From a virus, in the IMG/VR virus record IMGVR_UViG_3300042452_000984, positions 18,632 to 82,631 of that record: a stretch of DNA of 64,000 nt; one strand, given 5' to 3'. Shown one piece after another: positions 18,470 through 28,109 of this stretch. The position numbers and the translations under genes are program-made. How positions within the stretch are numbered: position 1 is the stretch's first letter; each line of letters opens with the position of its first letter. Below the pieces are notes generated by a model that worked only from the letters and a program-made list of their open reading frames with translations, had not been told where the DNA came from and ran no database searches.

Positions 18470-19036
18470 TTGGCCTTCCGTACCCAATACAGCAGGGTTG
18501 AAAATTCTGTCCTTGCTAGGGCTGAATACAGCCTTGACATTGCTCTAGTCATCAACGGGTTACGCCTAGGGCGAATCCAGTCGATTTCGATCTCCGCCCA
18601 AACCCAGGCAAGACCCGCTATCGAAATTGGCAGCGATCGCGCTGTCGAATTTGTCCCTGGCATCAAACAATACCAAGGGCGAATCAGCTCCATGCTGCTC
18701 AAGTATGGCGACTTGATGAAACGCTTGGCATCGGTGTCTGGTGGCATCATCGATCGCACCAGCCGAGCGGCGACCATCACCAACATGCCCGAGTTCGACA
18801 TTGTGATTGCCCGTCGGGGCAGTGCCGGGGTAGGCGTCCCTCAGCTCTATGCCCCCACCCAAGGCCCCCAGGACCTATCCGGTGGTGGCGGCATCATTGG
18901 CACGATCTTTGGTTGTGTGATCAACTCCTGGGAGTGTAATTTCACCGCCCAGGACACCTTGATCATGGAAAACGTGTCCTTCTCAGCGATTGACCAAACC
19001 CTAAGCGATGGCGGCGGGTTGATCGCGCTTCCCTAG
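18470..19036 (+). CDS. Tail tube protein
   Basis: After sheath; AGGAGG RBS with TTG start; GRIQSISIS, EIGS..VEFVPG, IMENVSF. Confidence 0.8.
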   Translation: MAFRTQYSRVENSVLARAEYSLDIALVINGLRLGRIQSISISAQTQARPAIEIGSDRAVEFVPGIKQYQGRISSMLLKYGDLMKRLASVSGGIIDRTSRAATITNMPEFDIVIARRGSAGVGVPQLYAPTQGPQDLSGGGGIIGTIFGCVINSWECNFTAQDTLIMENVSFSAIDQTLSDGGGLIALP

Positions 19037-19056
19037 TTCTTTAATGCGAGTGCAAA

Positions 19057-19494
19057 ATGACGACCGTAACAATGACCGTGACGGGGTTTGAGCGGCTAGG
19101 CACCTTAGTCGTTCGACCCCGCACCTTTAACGACTCCATGTTTTTAATTCCTGCTTGCCAGGACCGGTTCATTAACCGTGCCCTGGCGGAGGCAGGCATT
19201 GAGGGGGTAGACGCAGGCGACCAGCTACGGTATAACGCCCTGGTGGTAGCGATCGCCCAGGCGGTGATTGTAGAACCAGTCGGGTTTGTGGAGCAGTTGC
19301 TAACCTCTACCAATTCAGAGGACTTTCAATTTTTTGGCAAATTTGCTGAGGAGTATTCCGCCTGGTTGGACCAGCAGGTTGAGGATGCCCAAGCAAAAAA
19401 ATCTGGGACGGTAGCGACAGCGGACGATGGGAAAAAATCTGTTTCATCCTCCGCGATCGCTACCGACTCCTCCCAACTGACCCTCGATGGTTAG
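19057..19494 (+). CDS. Tail assembly chaperone (short form)
   Basis: Between tube and tape measure. Confidence 0.75.
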   Translation: MTTVTMTVTGFERLGTLVVRPRTFNDSMFLIPACQDRFINRALAEAGIEGVDAGDQLRYNALVVAIAQAVIVEPVGFVEQLLTSTNSEDFQFFGKFAEEYSAWLDQQVEDAQAKKSGTVATADDGKKSVSSSAIATDSSQLTLDG

Positions 19495-19667
19495 CAATGA
19501 CAGAGGCTCAGGTGATCCTAGAGTATCGGCAAGTGATTGAGCTAGAGCAAGAACGCAATGCCGACGGCAATCCAGACAATAACGAATTCCACGACGATAG
19601 CTACCAGCAAGAGCTAAGGGAACTTGGGGTAACGCCTGAGATGCTCGACCAGATGCGTGGGAAATAG
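19395..19667 (+). CDS. Minus-1 frameshift extension of tail assembly chaperone
   Basis: Slippery A AAA AAA at 19395-19401; -1 frame open to TAG 19665-19667, contains LLPTDPRWLAMTEAQ. Confidence 0.75.
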   Translation, partial: KKIWDGSDSGRWEKICFILRDRYRLLPTDPRWLAMTEAQVILEYRQVIELEQERNADGNPDNNEFHDDSYQQELRELGVTPEMLDQMRGK

Positions 19668-19688
19668 CTTTAAGTTGCACCCGCAAGA

Positions 19689-19731
19689 TGCCCCCGTTGT
19701 TACCTCCCTCGTAACGACGGGGGCTTTTCTT
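19689..19731 (+). terminator. Intrinsic terminator-like hairpin before tape measure
   Basis: CCCCGTTGTTAC-loop-GTAACGACGGGG followed by CTTTTCTT. Confidence 0.7.
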
Positions 19732-19741
19732 ATTTACGGCC

Positions 19742-22700
19742 ATGGCTGACCAAGAACATAAGTTAGAGTACGTCCTAAACCTAGACCCGAGTGGCTTCAT
19801 TGAAGGGGCAGAACGCGCCATCAATAAGCAACAGGACCTAGAACGCCATTTCAGCACCGGTGCGCCCTCAGCGGCGGCAGCCTCAGCGGCAGGTGGTGGG
19901 GGTTCCTTTGAGCCATTGCCGCGCCCTACCACTGACACCGGTGGGGCATTGCCACCGCCCCCGCAGCCAACCACCGACAGGGGCACCCTAGGCGACTTCC
20001 AGCAACGAGTGCAAGCGGTACAGGCGATCGCGCCCAATGCGCCGGACGTGGCCAATATGGCCGCCTCCCGCCTGCAAACCTCGATCCTCCATGCGTCGTT
20101 GAAGGACCCGGATAGCGCTAAGGACTATCAAGACCTAATCAACTCCCTGCGGGAACTACGCAATTCATTGCAGGAGGACGGCAAAAAGAAGGACGGCACT
20201 AACGACTTGCTTGGCTGGATGAAAAATCTAGCCATCATGCAAACCGCCGTCAACGTAGGCTCATCGGTAGCTGGCAATGCCATGCAGGGCAATATCGGCG
20301 CCGCCGCTGGTGGTGCGGTGGGGGCAGGCATCGGCGGACTGCTTGGCATGTTGGGCGGCCCTGCCGGGATGATGACCGGGCTAGGGGTAGGTGCTTCCAT
20401 CGGTAGCGGCATCGGCGGCATGGTGGATCGCCTTGTCCGAGGCGCTGATCAATCCCTCGCCTACGAAACCCAGATCGCGGACATTAACCAGCGCTTTGGC
20501 GTAGGCAACGTTGGCAGGCTGCGTAATTTTGAACTAGGCACCCAGAACGGGTTTAGGGTAGAAGAAACCGCCGGGCTGATTGACCAGCTACGGGAAAACC
20601 GAGCCCTGAGTAACCCGGCCATGGCTGGACCCCTGGTAAATACCATCCAGGAGCTTACCCGGGCGCTAGGGCTCAACGTAGAGGCTACCGCCAATATGGC
20701 TGGCATCTACTCTCGCACTGGCGGCGAGAAGGGTGCTGAAGGCGTTCGTGGCTACCTATCCGACGTGGTAGGTGGTGCCATCCGCGCCGGGTTCGAGTCC
20801 AACATTCAGCAGTACGCTGACATGATGGGTAGCGCCCGCATGCAGGCGGTGCAGCAGACCGGCCAGGGGATGAGCGATCGCGCCTTTGGCTTGCTCCAGG
20901 ACGTAATGGCAGGGCTAACCGGTGGCAATTCCCGCACCTCCGCCCTGTTTAGGGATAATGTCCAGATGGCTGGGGCGGGCTTGCAAAGCTTCCTGTCCTA
21001 CGGTGGCACCGCTGACCCCTATAGCACCTCAGCAGCCTACCTGAGGCTAGCAGGCGTCGATGAGGCGGCCCTAGACTCGCGGTTTAATTCACCTGAGCAG
21101 ATGATGGCCAATGCGCAGCGGGTGCTGCGGATGACCACCAACCGGGTGCAGGGCATCTCCGGGATGGGTGCCGATGAATTTAGGGCGGCGGCGGCTAGTG
21201 ATCCGAATTTCGTCCAGAACTTAATTGCTGGCAATTCAGGGCTACAGCGGCAAACCTCAACCACACTGCAGGGCATCCTAGGACGACAAGCGACCGCCCA
21301 GGACCTCCGCACCTTTGAAGAGCTCGCCAATATCAGCGCTGCCAATGGCGGACGGCTGCCAACCGGCCCGGGCGGTGATGGCGGACGGGTGGAGCAATTG
21401 CTAGCCCAGCTACAGGAAAGCCCAGGCGACCAAGCGCGGAAATTAGAGGCGGAGGCGCATAACCTGACCATCAAAGCGATGTCTAACCTCAATGAGGCGT
21501 CGCTGAAGATGAAGGAAACCCAGGTGGAGCTATTGAAGCAGCTCAATGGGTTACCCCTTGAAGAGATCGGCGAAGGACTTACGGCAGCCATAGACGGAAT
21601 ACTTAAATTCATTCGTGAGGCGGGACCACAGATCGCCAACCTAGTTAAAGAAGGCATATCCGCCTTCCATAAACTCAGGGATACGATGAATGATTTTAGG
21701 AATAGCGCGATCGGTAGGCTGATCTTTGGGGGTGACACCAATTCAAGGGAAATTGGGGAACAGGTTGGCAGCGCCATCTCTAGCCCAGTAGGGCGATCCG
21801 CAGCACTTTCTTTTGCCGCCGGATTGCCCGGACCTATTGGCTCCATAGCAACGGCGGCCAATATCGTTCGGACTATCGAGGAGAACCCTGAAGCCATAAG
21901 TGTTGAAAATGCGCAGCAAGGCGCTGAGTACATTCGGCGCCATGGACCCTTTGGCGAACCCGCTAGGCGGATAATCCCTAGGGCTTTGAGAAGTGCTACA
22001 AACTACATTGGCGGCTTGATTGATGGTGCTTTCAACGACACCCCCGGCAGCGTTACCGCTGGACCTGGCTACAACGTTTTTGAGTTCGCCCCAGGGGATG
22101 TTGTCTCCGCCCGCATGGGTGGCACCAGCGGCGGTGCATCTCTGACTGACATCTTCCAGGTGCTTCGAGAGTCCAACCTGATGGATATTCAGGCGTACCA
22201 AACCGCCAGCGAACAGCGTAAGCTGCTGCAAGACGTAACCAACGACATCCTGAAGACCGACCTATTGATTCACGTCAACTCTGAAATCAATACCCAGCGG
22301 CAATTGCCCAGCATCATTCAAATGATGCAAGCCTTTTTCCCTCAGCTTATTTCAGCGGTGGACTCCGTACGGGAAGCATTGGTGTCAACGCTTAATTCAG
22401 TGATGGGTGGAGCAGGCGGTGGTGGTGGTGGGGCCAGTGGCGCTTTTGCTTCCGGGTTGTTCACTGGCCCTAGTCAATTTATCGGCGGCAGCACATCTAA
22501 CCATATTGACAGCAAATTCAGAACAACCCTGTCCTGGGAGGAAATTGACGGTTATTTCATGCAAATGGCGCAAGCCTACACTGAGCAAGGGCGACGGATA
22601 GAATTTAGCAATGATGCTGTTTCTGGGCAGGTTTACGATCCAAGCGCTCCACAAGCTGAACGCATTCGGTTATTGCAACGCGCCGCCGCCGCTCATAGCC

Positions 22701-23695
22701 ATAGTCAACATGAAGGCTGGTACAGCTTTGACTACTTCATCCCTATGGGTAATGATGCCCGCAGCACTGCGCCCGGAAGCAGCTCCGCCGGTGCTGAAAT
22801 TTACCTGCCTACTGTGCCAGACGGGCGGGTAAATTATGGCACTACAGGGAATTATGGGAACTATGCCAATATCTACGACGAGAACGGCAACTTAATTATT
22901 AAAACCGGACATGGGGATAACCGCCGCGATCGCCCCCAAGGCAGGACGTTCCCCAGTCAGCCAGCGGCAGCGGGTGGCGGTGGTGTCAACCTCAGCACTG
23001 GCTACGAGTCCCTAGAGCAGCTAAGCGGACAGCTAACCAGCCTAGACCCCCGGTTTAATACCAGTACCCCAGACGGACGGGCCGCACTCGCGATCGCTTT
23101 GGCGATCGGCGGGACTGAGGTTTATGGGCGCGGAGCAACAGGCACCGACTTCTTTACTCGACGCGGCGGAACAGGCAACAACATGCTGGGGTTTGCTCAA
23201 TTTAACCTTGGCTTTCACCGAGCTAACACCGACACCCCAGGCGAATATACCGACTTTCTGGCGGACATCCTGACCGGCGATCGCGCCCAACCGAATGGAC
23301 GCCAAGGGCGAAACTGGAGCGCCGAACTATCCAGGGCAGTACAGAGCGGGCAAATTGGCAGCGGAGCGGAGCTGCAGCAGTGGCTAAGGCGGAGCGGGCT
23401 AGGCGGTAGTAACTGGCAGGGCATTGACGACGGCTGGAGTCGAGTGCCTGGACTACCTGATCGACTGTTTCAAATGCTTCGGAGTGGCGGCGACAACCGC
23501 CAAGCCTCCAACAACCGCACTACCAACATCACCGTCAACATCGCCAGCGCCACCGACCCCGCTCGCACTCGGCAGGAGGTAACCAACGCCATCCACGCCG
23601 CCCGGCCCTACCTGGACGAATTTGAGCAAACCCGCCAAGGTAGCCGCGATCGCAACCCGCGCAATAGCGGCAACCTATCGCCGGTGTATGGGTAA
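19742..23695 (+). CDS. Tape measure protein with C-terminal M23-peptidase-like and additional domains
   Basis: 1317 aa Ala/Gly-rich helical protein; H...FDY...GAEIY...GNYGNY...TGH resembles M23. Confidence 0.85.
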   Translation: MADQEHKLEYVLNLDPSGFIEGAERAINKQQDLERHFSTGAPSAAAASAAGGGGSFEPLPRPTTDTGGALPPPPQPTTDRGTLGDFQQRVQAVQAIAPNAPDVANMAASRLQTSILHASLKDPDSAKDYQDLINSLRELRNSLQEDGKKKDGTNDLLGWMKNLAIMQTAVNVGSSVAGNAMQGNIGAAAGGAVGAGIGGLLGMLGGPAGMMTGLGVGASIGSGIGGMVDRLVRGADQSLAYETQIADINQRFGVGNVGRLRNFELGTQNGFRVEETAGLIDQLRENRALSNPAMAGPLVNTIQELTRALGLNVEATANMAGIYSRTGGEKGAEGVRGYLSDVVGGAIRAGFESNIQQYADMMGSARMQAVQQTGQGMSDRAFGLLQDVMAGLTGGNSRTSALFRDNVQMAGAGLQSFLSYGGTADPYSTSAAYLRLAGVDEAALDSRFNSPEQMMANAQRVLRMTTNRVQGISGMGADEFRAAAASDPNFVQNLIAGNSGLQRQTSTTLQGILGRQATAQDLRTFEELANISAANGGRLPTGPGGDGGRVEQLLAQLQESPGDQARKLEAEAHNLTIKAMSNLNEASLKMKETQVELLKQLNGLPLEEIGEGLTAAIDGILKFIREAGPQIANLVKEGISAFHKLRDTMNDFRNSAIGRLIFGGDTNSREIGEQVGSAISSPVGRSAALSFAAGLPGPIGSIATAANIVRTIEENPEAISVENAQQGAEYIRRHGPFGEPARRIIPRALRSATNYIGGLIDGAFNDTPGSVTAGPGYNVFEFAPGDVVSARMGGTSGGASLTDIFQVLRESNLMDIQAYQTASEQRKLLQDVTNDILKTDLLIHVNSEINTQRQLPSIIQMMQAFFPQLISAVDSVREALVSTLNSVMGGAGGGGGGASGAFASGLFTGPSQFIGGSTSNHIDSKFRTTLSWEEIDGYFMQMAQAYTEQGRRIEFSNDAVSGQVYDPSAPQAERIRLLQRAAAAHSHSQHEGWYSFDYFIPMGNDARSTAPGSSSAGAEIYLPTVPDGRVNYGTTGNYGNYANIYDENGNLIIKTGHGDNRRDRPQGRTFPSQPAAAGGGGVNLSTGYESLEQLSGQLTSLDPRFNTSTPDGRAALAIALAIGGTEVYGRGATGTDFFTRRGGTGNNMLGFAQFNLGFHRANTDTPGEYTDFLADILTGDRAQPNGRQGRNWSAELSRAVQSGQIGSGAELQQWLRRSGLGGSNWQGIDDGWSRVPGLPDRLFQMLRSGGDNRQASNNRTTNITVNIASATDPARTRQEVTNAIHAARPYLDEFEQTRQGSRDRNPRNSGNLSPVYG

Positions 23696-23794
23696 AGCAA
23701 ATTTGCAACCCTATCGCCAATCTGCGCGAACCGATAGTATCCTAGAACTAGGGTGGGCATCGTCTAATCAATAGCCCTACAGCTTTCCAGAAAA

Positions 23795-24586
23795 ATGCAC
23801 CAGCTAGCCCTGTTCAATACCATTGACAATAAGCCAATGGCCGACGATCGCATCCGGTTCTACCGTGGCGACGCGATCGCGGTCCTGAAGCAACGGCTAG
23901 CGGCAGGCGATCGCTGGGACTATTGCCTTACCTCCCCTCCCTATTACGGCCAGATAGACTATGGCCACGAAGGGCAACACGGGCTAGAGGATAGCCTAGA
24001 CGCCTACCTGGATACGTTGCAGCAGGTTTTTAGGCTGGTATACCAGGGGTTAGCCGAGGGCGGGGTGTGCTGGATTGTGATAGGCGATACCAGCAACAAC
24101 TACAGCCCGATACGCGCCAAGGGACAACGGCGACAAGCAGGAGAATGGCTCTACCGCCGTAGCCTGGAGGACGACTACCGCGAGAAAGAACCCTTACTGG
24201 TGCCTATCCGCCTGGCGGAGCGACTACGGGCTGATGGCTGGGTAATGCGGAAGATATTGATCTGGGATAAGGGTCAAAGTAGCCAGGTGGGCAAGGGTGA
24301 CGCGCCACCGGAAACCCATGAATATGTCCTGATGCTGGGCAAAAGCGGCAAAAACGGGCGGCCGATGCTGAACGCCAAGCCACTGCGATCGTCGGTGTTG
24401 GTACATCGCCCCTGTGGCCATCCTAGCCACCCCTGCCCATTCCCTGACTCGTTAGTCCACGAACTATTGTCTAGCGCCACAGTGGCCGGGGCGACGGTGC
24501 TAGATCCTTACTTTGGCACCGGCACCACCGGACGGGTAGCGTCCCTGCTTGGCATAAAGTCTATCGGCATTGACCTAGGAGCATAA
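23795..24586 (+). CDS. Beta-class DNA methyltransferase (probably N4-cytosine)
   Basis: TSPPY, HPCPFP, LDPYFGTGTTG. Confidence 0.9.
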   Translation: MHQLALFNTIDNKPMADDRIRFYRGDAIAVLKQRLAAGDRWDYCLTSPPYYGQIDYGHEGQHGLEDSLDAYLDTLQQVFRLVYQGLAEGGVCWIVIGDTSNNYSPIRAKGQRRQAGEWLYRRSLEDDYREKEPLLVPIRLAERLRADGWVMRKILIWDKGQSSQVGKGDAPPETHEYVLMLGKSGKNGRPMLNAKPLRSSVLVHRPCGHPSHPCPFPDSLVHELLSSATVAGATVLDPYFGTGTTGRVASLLGIKSIGIDLGA

Positions 24587-25330
24587 ATGCTAGTCCTTGA
24601 AATTACTGAGAACACGGTCCTAAAGCCAGGGCCGGAGCAAGCGATCGCCTACGATAAGGCAGCGACAGTGAATATCGGCAAAAGGCGATCGTTCCCGCTG
24701 TTGGCTTATCAGTTATTGCACGGCCATGTGCATTTCACCATCGACCCAAAACGGTTTGACTTGGTGAGCCTGCACCCGAGCGGCAGAAATACTTGGTGGG
24801 TATATGCGGGACACGCCAGCGATCCATCAGGGTTTGGTTCAGGCAATGATCCCAAGGATGAACCCCCGACTCGCCGGGACGGCCATCGAATTATCCTACC
24901 AGGGTTTGAGAACGACTGCTCCAGTACTCAGCCGATCTCGTCAAAAGCGCCTAACTTCACCTGGGGTGAAGCGCTCCATGTTGCCGCCGATGGTAGCTAC
25001 CGGCACCCTGAAAATGCCTCCGTGGTGTACGGCATCATTCGGGTGGCGGAGGTGATGCAGGACATTCGGGAGCGGTTTAAGCGGCCCATCAAGATCAACT
25101 CTTGGTATCGGGACCCGGCTACTAATGCCCGCGTGGGGGGCGCTCGTTTTTCTACCCACATGAAAGGCCATGCGGTGGACTTTAATATCCCTGGGCTGTC
25201 CCTGGCGGACATTTATAACGAGTTGGATCATTGGTGGGGTGGCCAAGGTGGGCTTGCCCGGGGTAATGGGTTTATTCATATCGACTGCCGTGGCAGCCGT
25301 GCCCGGTGGGACTACCCTGGGGTTAGGTAG
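24587..25330 (+). CDS. Endolysin, peptidase M15A family
   Basis: INSWYR...N..VGG..S.HMKGHAVD...FIHIDCRG. Confidence 0.88.
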   Translation: MLVLEITENTVLKPGPEQAIAYDKAATVNIGKRRSFPLLAYQLLHGHVHFTIDPKRFDLVSLHPSGRNTWWVYAGHASDPSGFGSGNDPKDEPPTRRDGHRIILPGFENDCSSTQPISSKAPNFTWGEALHVAADGSYRHPENASVVYGIIRVAEVMQDIRERFKRPIKINSWYRDPATNARVGGARFSTHMKGHAVDFNIPGLSLADIYNELDHWWGGQGGLARGNGFIHIDCRGSRARWDYPGVR

Positions 25331-25332
25331 CT

Positions 25333-26136
25333 ATGAAAATTTATACCCTTGCCGGGGTGCCCTATATCCCAGTGGTGACCGCTGGGGGCATTGTCCTAAG
25401 GAAAGCGGGACGACGGCACCAAGTGTCGCCAGGGCAGTTAGAGTTATTTGACACCCAACACCAGCAGGGCGAAACCCGCACCAACCAAGCGGGCCACCAG
25501 GAGGTGCTGCAAGAGGGGCGGTGGCACCTCGCTAACAGGACTGGACAGCCACAGCAGCAGCCAACAAAGAATCCTGCCACAATGCGATGGCACGTTACAG
25601 CGGCAGGAGATTTAATCCGGGAGAAAGGCTTTCAAGTTGGGCTTGGCGGTGGAGCGGGCGGTCCTCTGTCCGGCAAAGGCATTTCAGTTTGGAAAGACAA
25701 ACAAAAGGCAGATCAATTTCACAAGCAAATGCAAGAACTTGAAGACATAAGGTCTTCGGGTGATCCATTAAAAGCGGCAGAAGCTGCCACCAACCAGCCA
25801 ATTAGCTTAACTGACGGTATGGCAGGGCTGTGGGCTGGAAAGTTAGGACGCGCACTAGACTCCCGAGAACGTGCAATCATTCATGCTCAGTCGCTACTCA
25901 GCCCATACATACCGCCTGACTCGTTCTTTGGAGATGGGCCAAGGAGAAAATTTGAAAATCTCGCCGTCCATGTTTCCTCTGAGTCGCAAGAAAATAGCGA
26001 TGGATGGGTTAATGATGACGAAGAATTGCATAGTCCTGAAAAGGTAAAGCTGGCACAACCGCAGCAGCCAACGCTCACCATAGAAGGACTCCATGCTCTA
26101 CGCCAACAAGTTGCCCAGGAGTTAGCTAGTGGATAA
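25333..26136 (+). CDS. Putative head-packaged protein with ADP-ribosyltransferase-like domain
   Basis: Leader shared with the protease insert; WHVT...I.EKGF...GKGI and DG....E...PEKVK. Confidence 0.5.
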   Translation: MKIYTLAGVPYIPVVTAGGIVLRKAGRRHQVSPGQLELFDTQHQQGETRTNQAGHQEVLQEGRWHLANRTGQPQQQPTKNPATMRWHVTAAGDLIREKGFQVGLGGGAGGPLSGKGISVWKDKQKADQFHKQMQELEDIRSSGDPLKAAEAATNQPISLTDGMAGLWAGKLGRALDSRERAIIHAQSLLSPYIPPDSFFGDGPRRKFENLAVHVSSESQENSDGWVNDDEELHSPEKVKLAQPQQPTLTIEGLHALRQQVAQELASG

Positions 26137-26386
26137 ATCCCACATCGATCGCGCCTGTCAGTGGTACATCGACAACCGCGACCTCATCCGCACCATGCTA
26201 CCGCTGGAGTTGCGCCACCCCAATGGCCAAAGCCTTAGCCTATACCCGGCCAATTGGGATATTACCTACTGGGTAACCCGTTGGCAGGAGAACCGGCTAG
26301 CTACCAGCGACGCGGAGCAACTTATCTGTGCCCAGTTGCGACCCTTGTTTGACGTGGTGCGCGATCGCCGGGTGAGCCATGGTTAG
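26129..26386 (+). CDS. Hypothetical protein
   Basis: 85 aa, overlaps both neighbours. Confidence 0.6.
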   Translation: MDKSHIDRACQWYIDNRDLIRTMLPLELRHPNGQSLSLYPANWDITYWVTRWQENRLATSDAEQLICAQLRPLFDVVRDRRVSHG

Positions 26387-28109
26387 AACCATTGGCATTT
26401 ACAATCCCGCTGGCATGGGTGTCACCTCTGGCCATGAGTCCACGGTGCGTTTTGACCTGCGGATTATGACCCGCACCGGGGAGACCGTGGTGGACTTTGG
26501 CGAGTTTAAGGACTTGCTCAGCTACAACGACACCCTGAGCGTCGAAAGCCCTGCCGGTAGCTGGAACCTAAAGATGCGATCGCGGCTTGACAATGAAACG
26601 CTCCTAAAGCGCATCCATCCAGGCATGGTGATCGAAGTCTACGCCTCTCGCAACCAGGACCCGTTGACCAACGTAGAAGCATTTGTCCCCCAGGACCCGG
26701 ACACTAACCCGGTGGTATTCCAGACCGCTGATGGCAGTGGCTCTAACTTGAGTGATGCCTACGCGCCTGCCAATGGCCAACCTAAGCCACCCCCTGAGCC
26801 CGACTGGGAAGATTACCTAGACAAGGCACCCTACCTACTGATGCGTGGCATTACTAGCGCCTACGGACGGTCCTCAGCGGTAATGGGAGGCGGTGGGGCG
26901 GAGACTACCCTAACCTTATCGGGTGAGTCCTACGGCGCCATCTACCGCAATGCCCAAGTACTTACCGACACCAACGCGCCTACGTCCCTAGGGCGATCGC
27001 TGGAGGTACGGTTCCAGACCGTTGATGTCAATACTGTCGTTCCCATCTATTACGGCATCCTGCGCCACTGGGTAGAACAATTCTGGTTTGACCCAAGCGA
27101 CGGGCAAGGTGAAACCGGCTGGGAGGCTAGAACCCGACCAATCCCGATCCCGCCGGACGTATTCGCCAGGATTGCCAACGAGGGCAGCGCCTGGAGTGCG
27201 CTTCAGTACCTAACCGTCAATGGCATCTTTCAAATGTTTGTGGACCATACCGGCGCGATCGTGTGGGAAAAGCTACCTTACTCCGGCAAGTGTCAGACGG
27301 TGCTGGATTCGGAATACCTGAAATGGAGCGATCGCCCGCTACGCAACTGGGAAGACCTACCCTTTGTCCAGTGTCCATCGTCTAGCATCATCGCCTGGGC
27401 GGACAGGCTATCCTGCGATCGCATTGCTAACTATGTTCGTTGTACCCTCCAGGGGCAGATGGGCGCCTCCGCCGGTGATACCGCCATGGATGCAGGCCAG
27501 TGCTACAACATGGGCAGCATCAAGCAGTATGGCGGGCCGCGCAAGATGGAAATCGCTATCCCTGCTAGGCTTGCCAATAGCGGTAACAAAGATATTGACA
27601 TAGAGCGAGACGGACGGGCTAGCACGTTTATGGACCTGATCGCCCTCGAAGTCATCCGCTGGTACGATCGCCCGGTGCAGCGTTGCACCCTATCGGTACG
27701 GGGTGAGCCGGGCTGGCGCATTAATACCTGTGTGGAGGTGACAGAGAACTGGCATAACCCCGAGGCGGTGCCAGGACAGTACTTAATCCTTAGCCGTAGC
27801 CATAGCATCGAGCTAGCTACTGGCAGCTGGACAACTCAACTAGAATGTATCCGCGATCGGCGCAATCGTTACCTGGGCGCCGGGCTAACCGAAGACCGGG
27901 ACCAGCTAGGCGGCGAGGGGGAGGTAAACCCAGAACGCGCCTCCGGGCCAGTATCGACCGATGAGGAGCTAGAGGACTTTATCAGCCCCATCGAGCCTGA
28001 CTTTTACTACTGGTATAACCGCAAGGGCAACAAGATGGAAGCGATCGGCGGGGCGGAAGAGTATAACGCGCTGATTCAGGAGTATTTGCCGGAAGAATGC
28101 AAGAGCTAA
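26379..28109 (+). CDS. Baseplate hub protein
   Basis: Position; SIKQYG, SVRGEPGWRI, SRSHSI...WTTQLE hub-like C-terminus. Confidence 0.75.
   Translation: MVRTIGIYNPAGMGVTSGHESTVRFDLRIMTRTGETVVDFGEFKDLLSYNDTLSVESPAGSWNLKMRSRLDNETLLKRIHPGMVIEVYASRNQDPLTNVEAFVPQDPDTNPVVFQTADGSGSNLSDAYAPANGQPKPPPEPDWEDYLDKAPYLLMRGITSAYGRSSAVMGGGGAETTLTLSGESYGAIYRNAQVLTDTNAPTSLGRSLEVRFQTVDVNTVVPIYYGILRHWVEQFWFDPSDGQGETGWEARTRPIPIPPDVFARIANEGSAWSALQYLTVNGIFQMFVDHTGAIVWEKLPYSGKCQTVLDSEYLKWSDRPLRNWEDLPFVQCPSSSIIAWADRLSCDRIANYVRCTLQGQMGASAGDTAMDAGQCYNMGSIKQYGGPRKMEIAIPARLANSGNKDIDIERDGRASTFMDLIALEVIRWYDRPVQRCTLSVRGEPGWRINTCVEVTENWHNPEAVPGQYLILSRSHSIELATGSWTTQLECIRDRRNRYLGAGLTEDRDQLGGEGEVNPERASGPVSTDEELEDFISPIEPDFYYWYNRKGNKMEAIGGAEEYNALIQEYLPEECKS

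Noticed and set aside
19429-19437. Second slippery-looking GGGAAAAAA
   Set aside because: Not in X XXY YYZ register in the zero frame; the 19395 site fits better.
19444-21933. Long antisense ORFs 19444-20055 and 21037-21933
   Set aside because: Antisense shadows of the chaperone and tape measure genes with no recognisable motifs.
23795-24586. Restriction-modification system
   Set aside because: No cognate restriction endonuclease next to either MTase; treated as orphan MTases.
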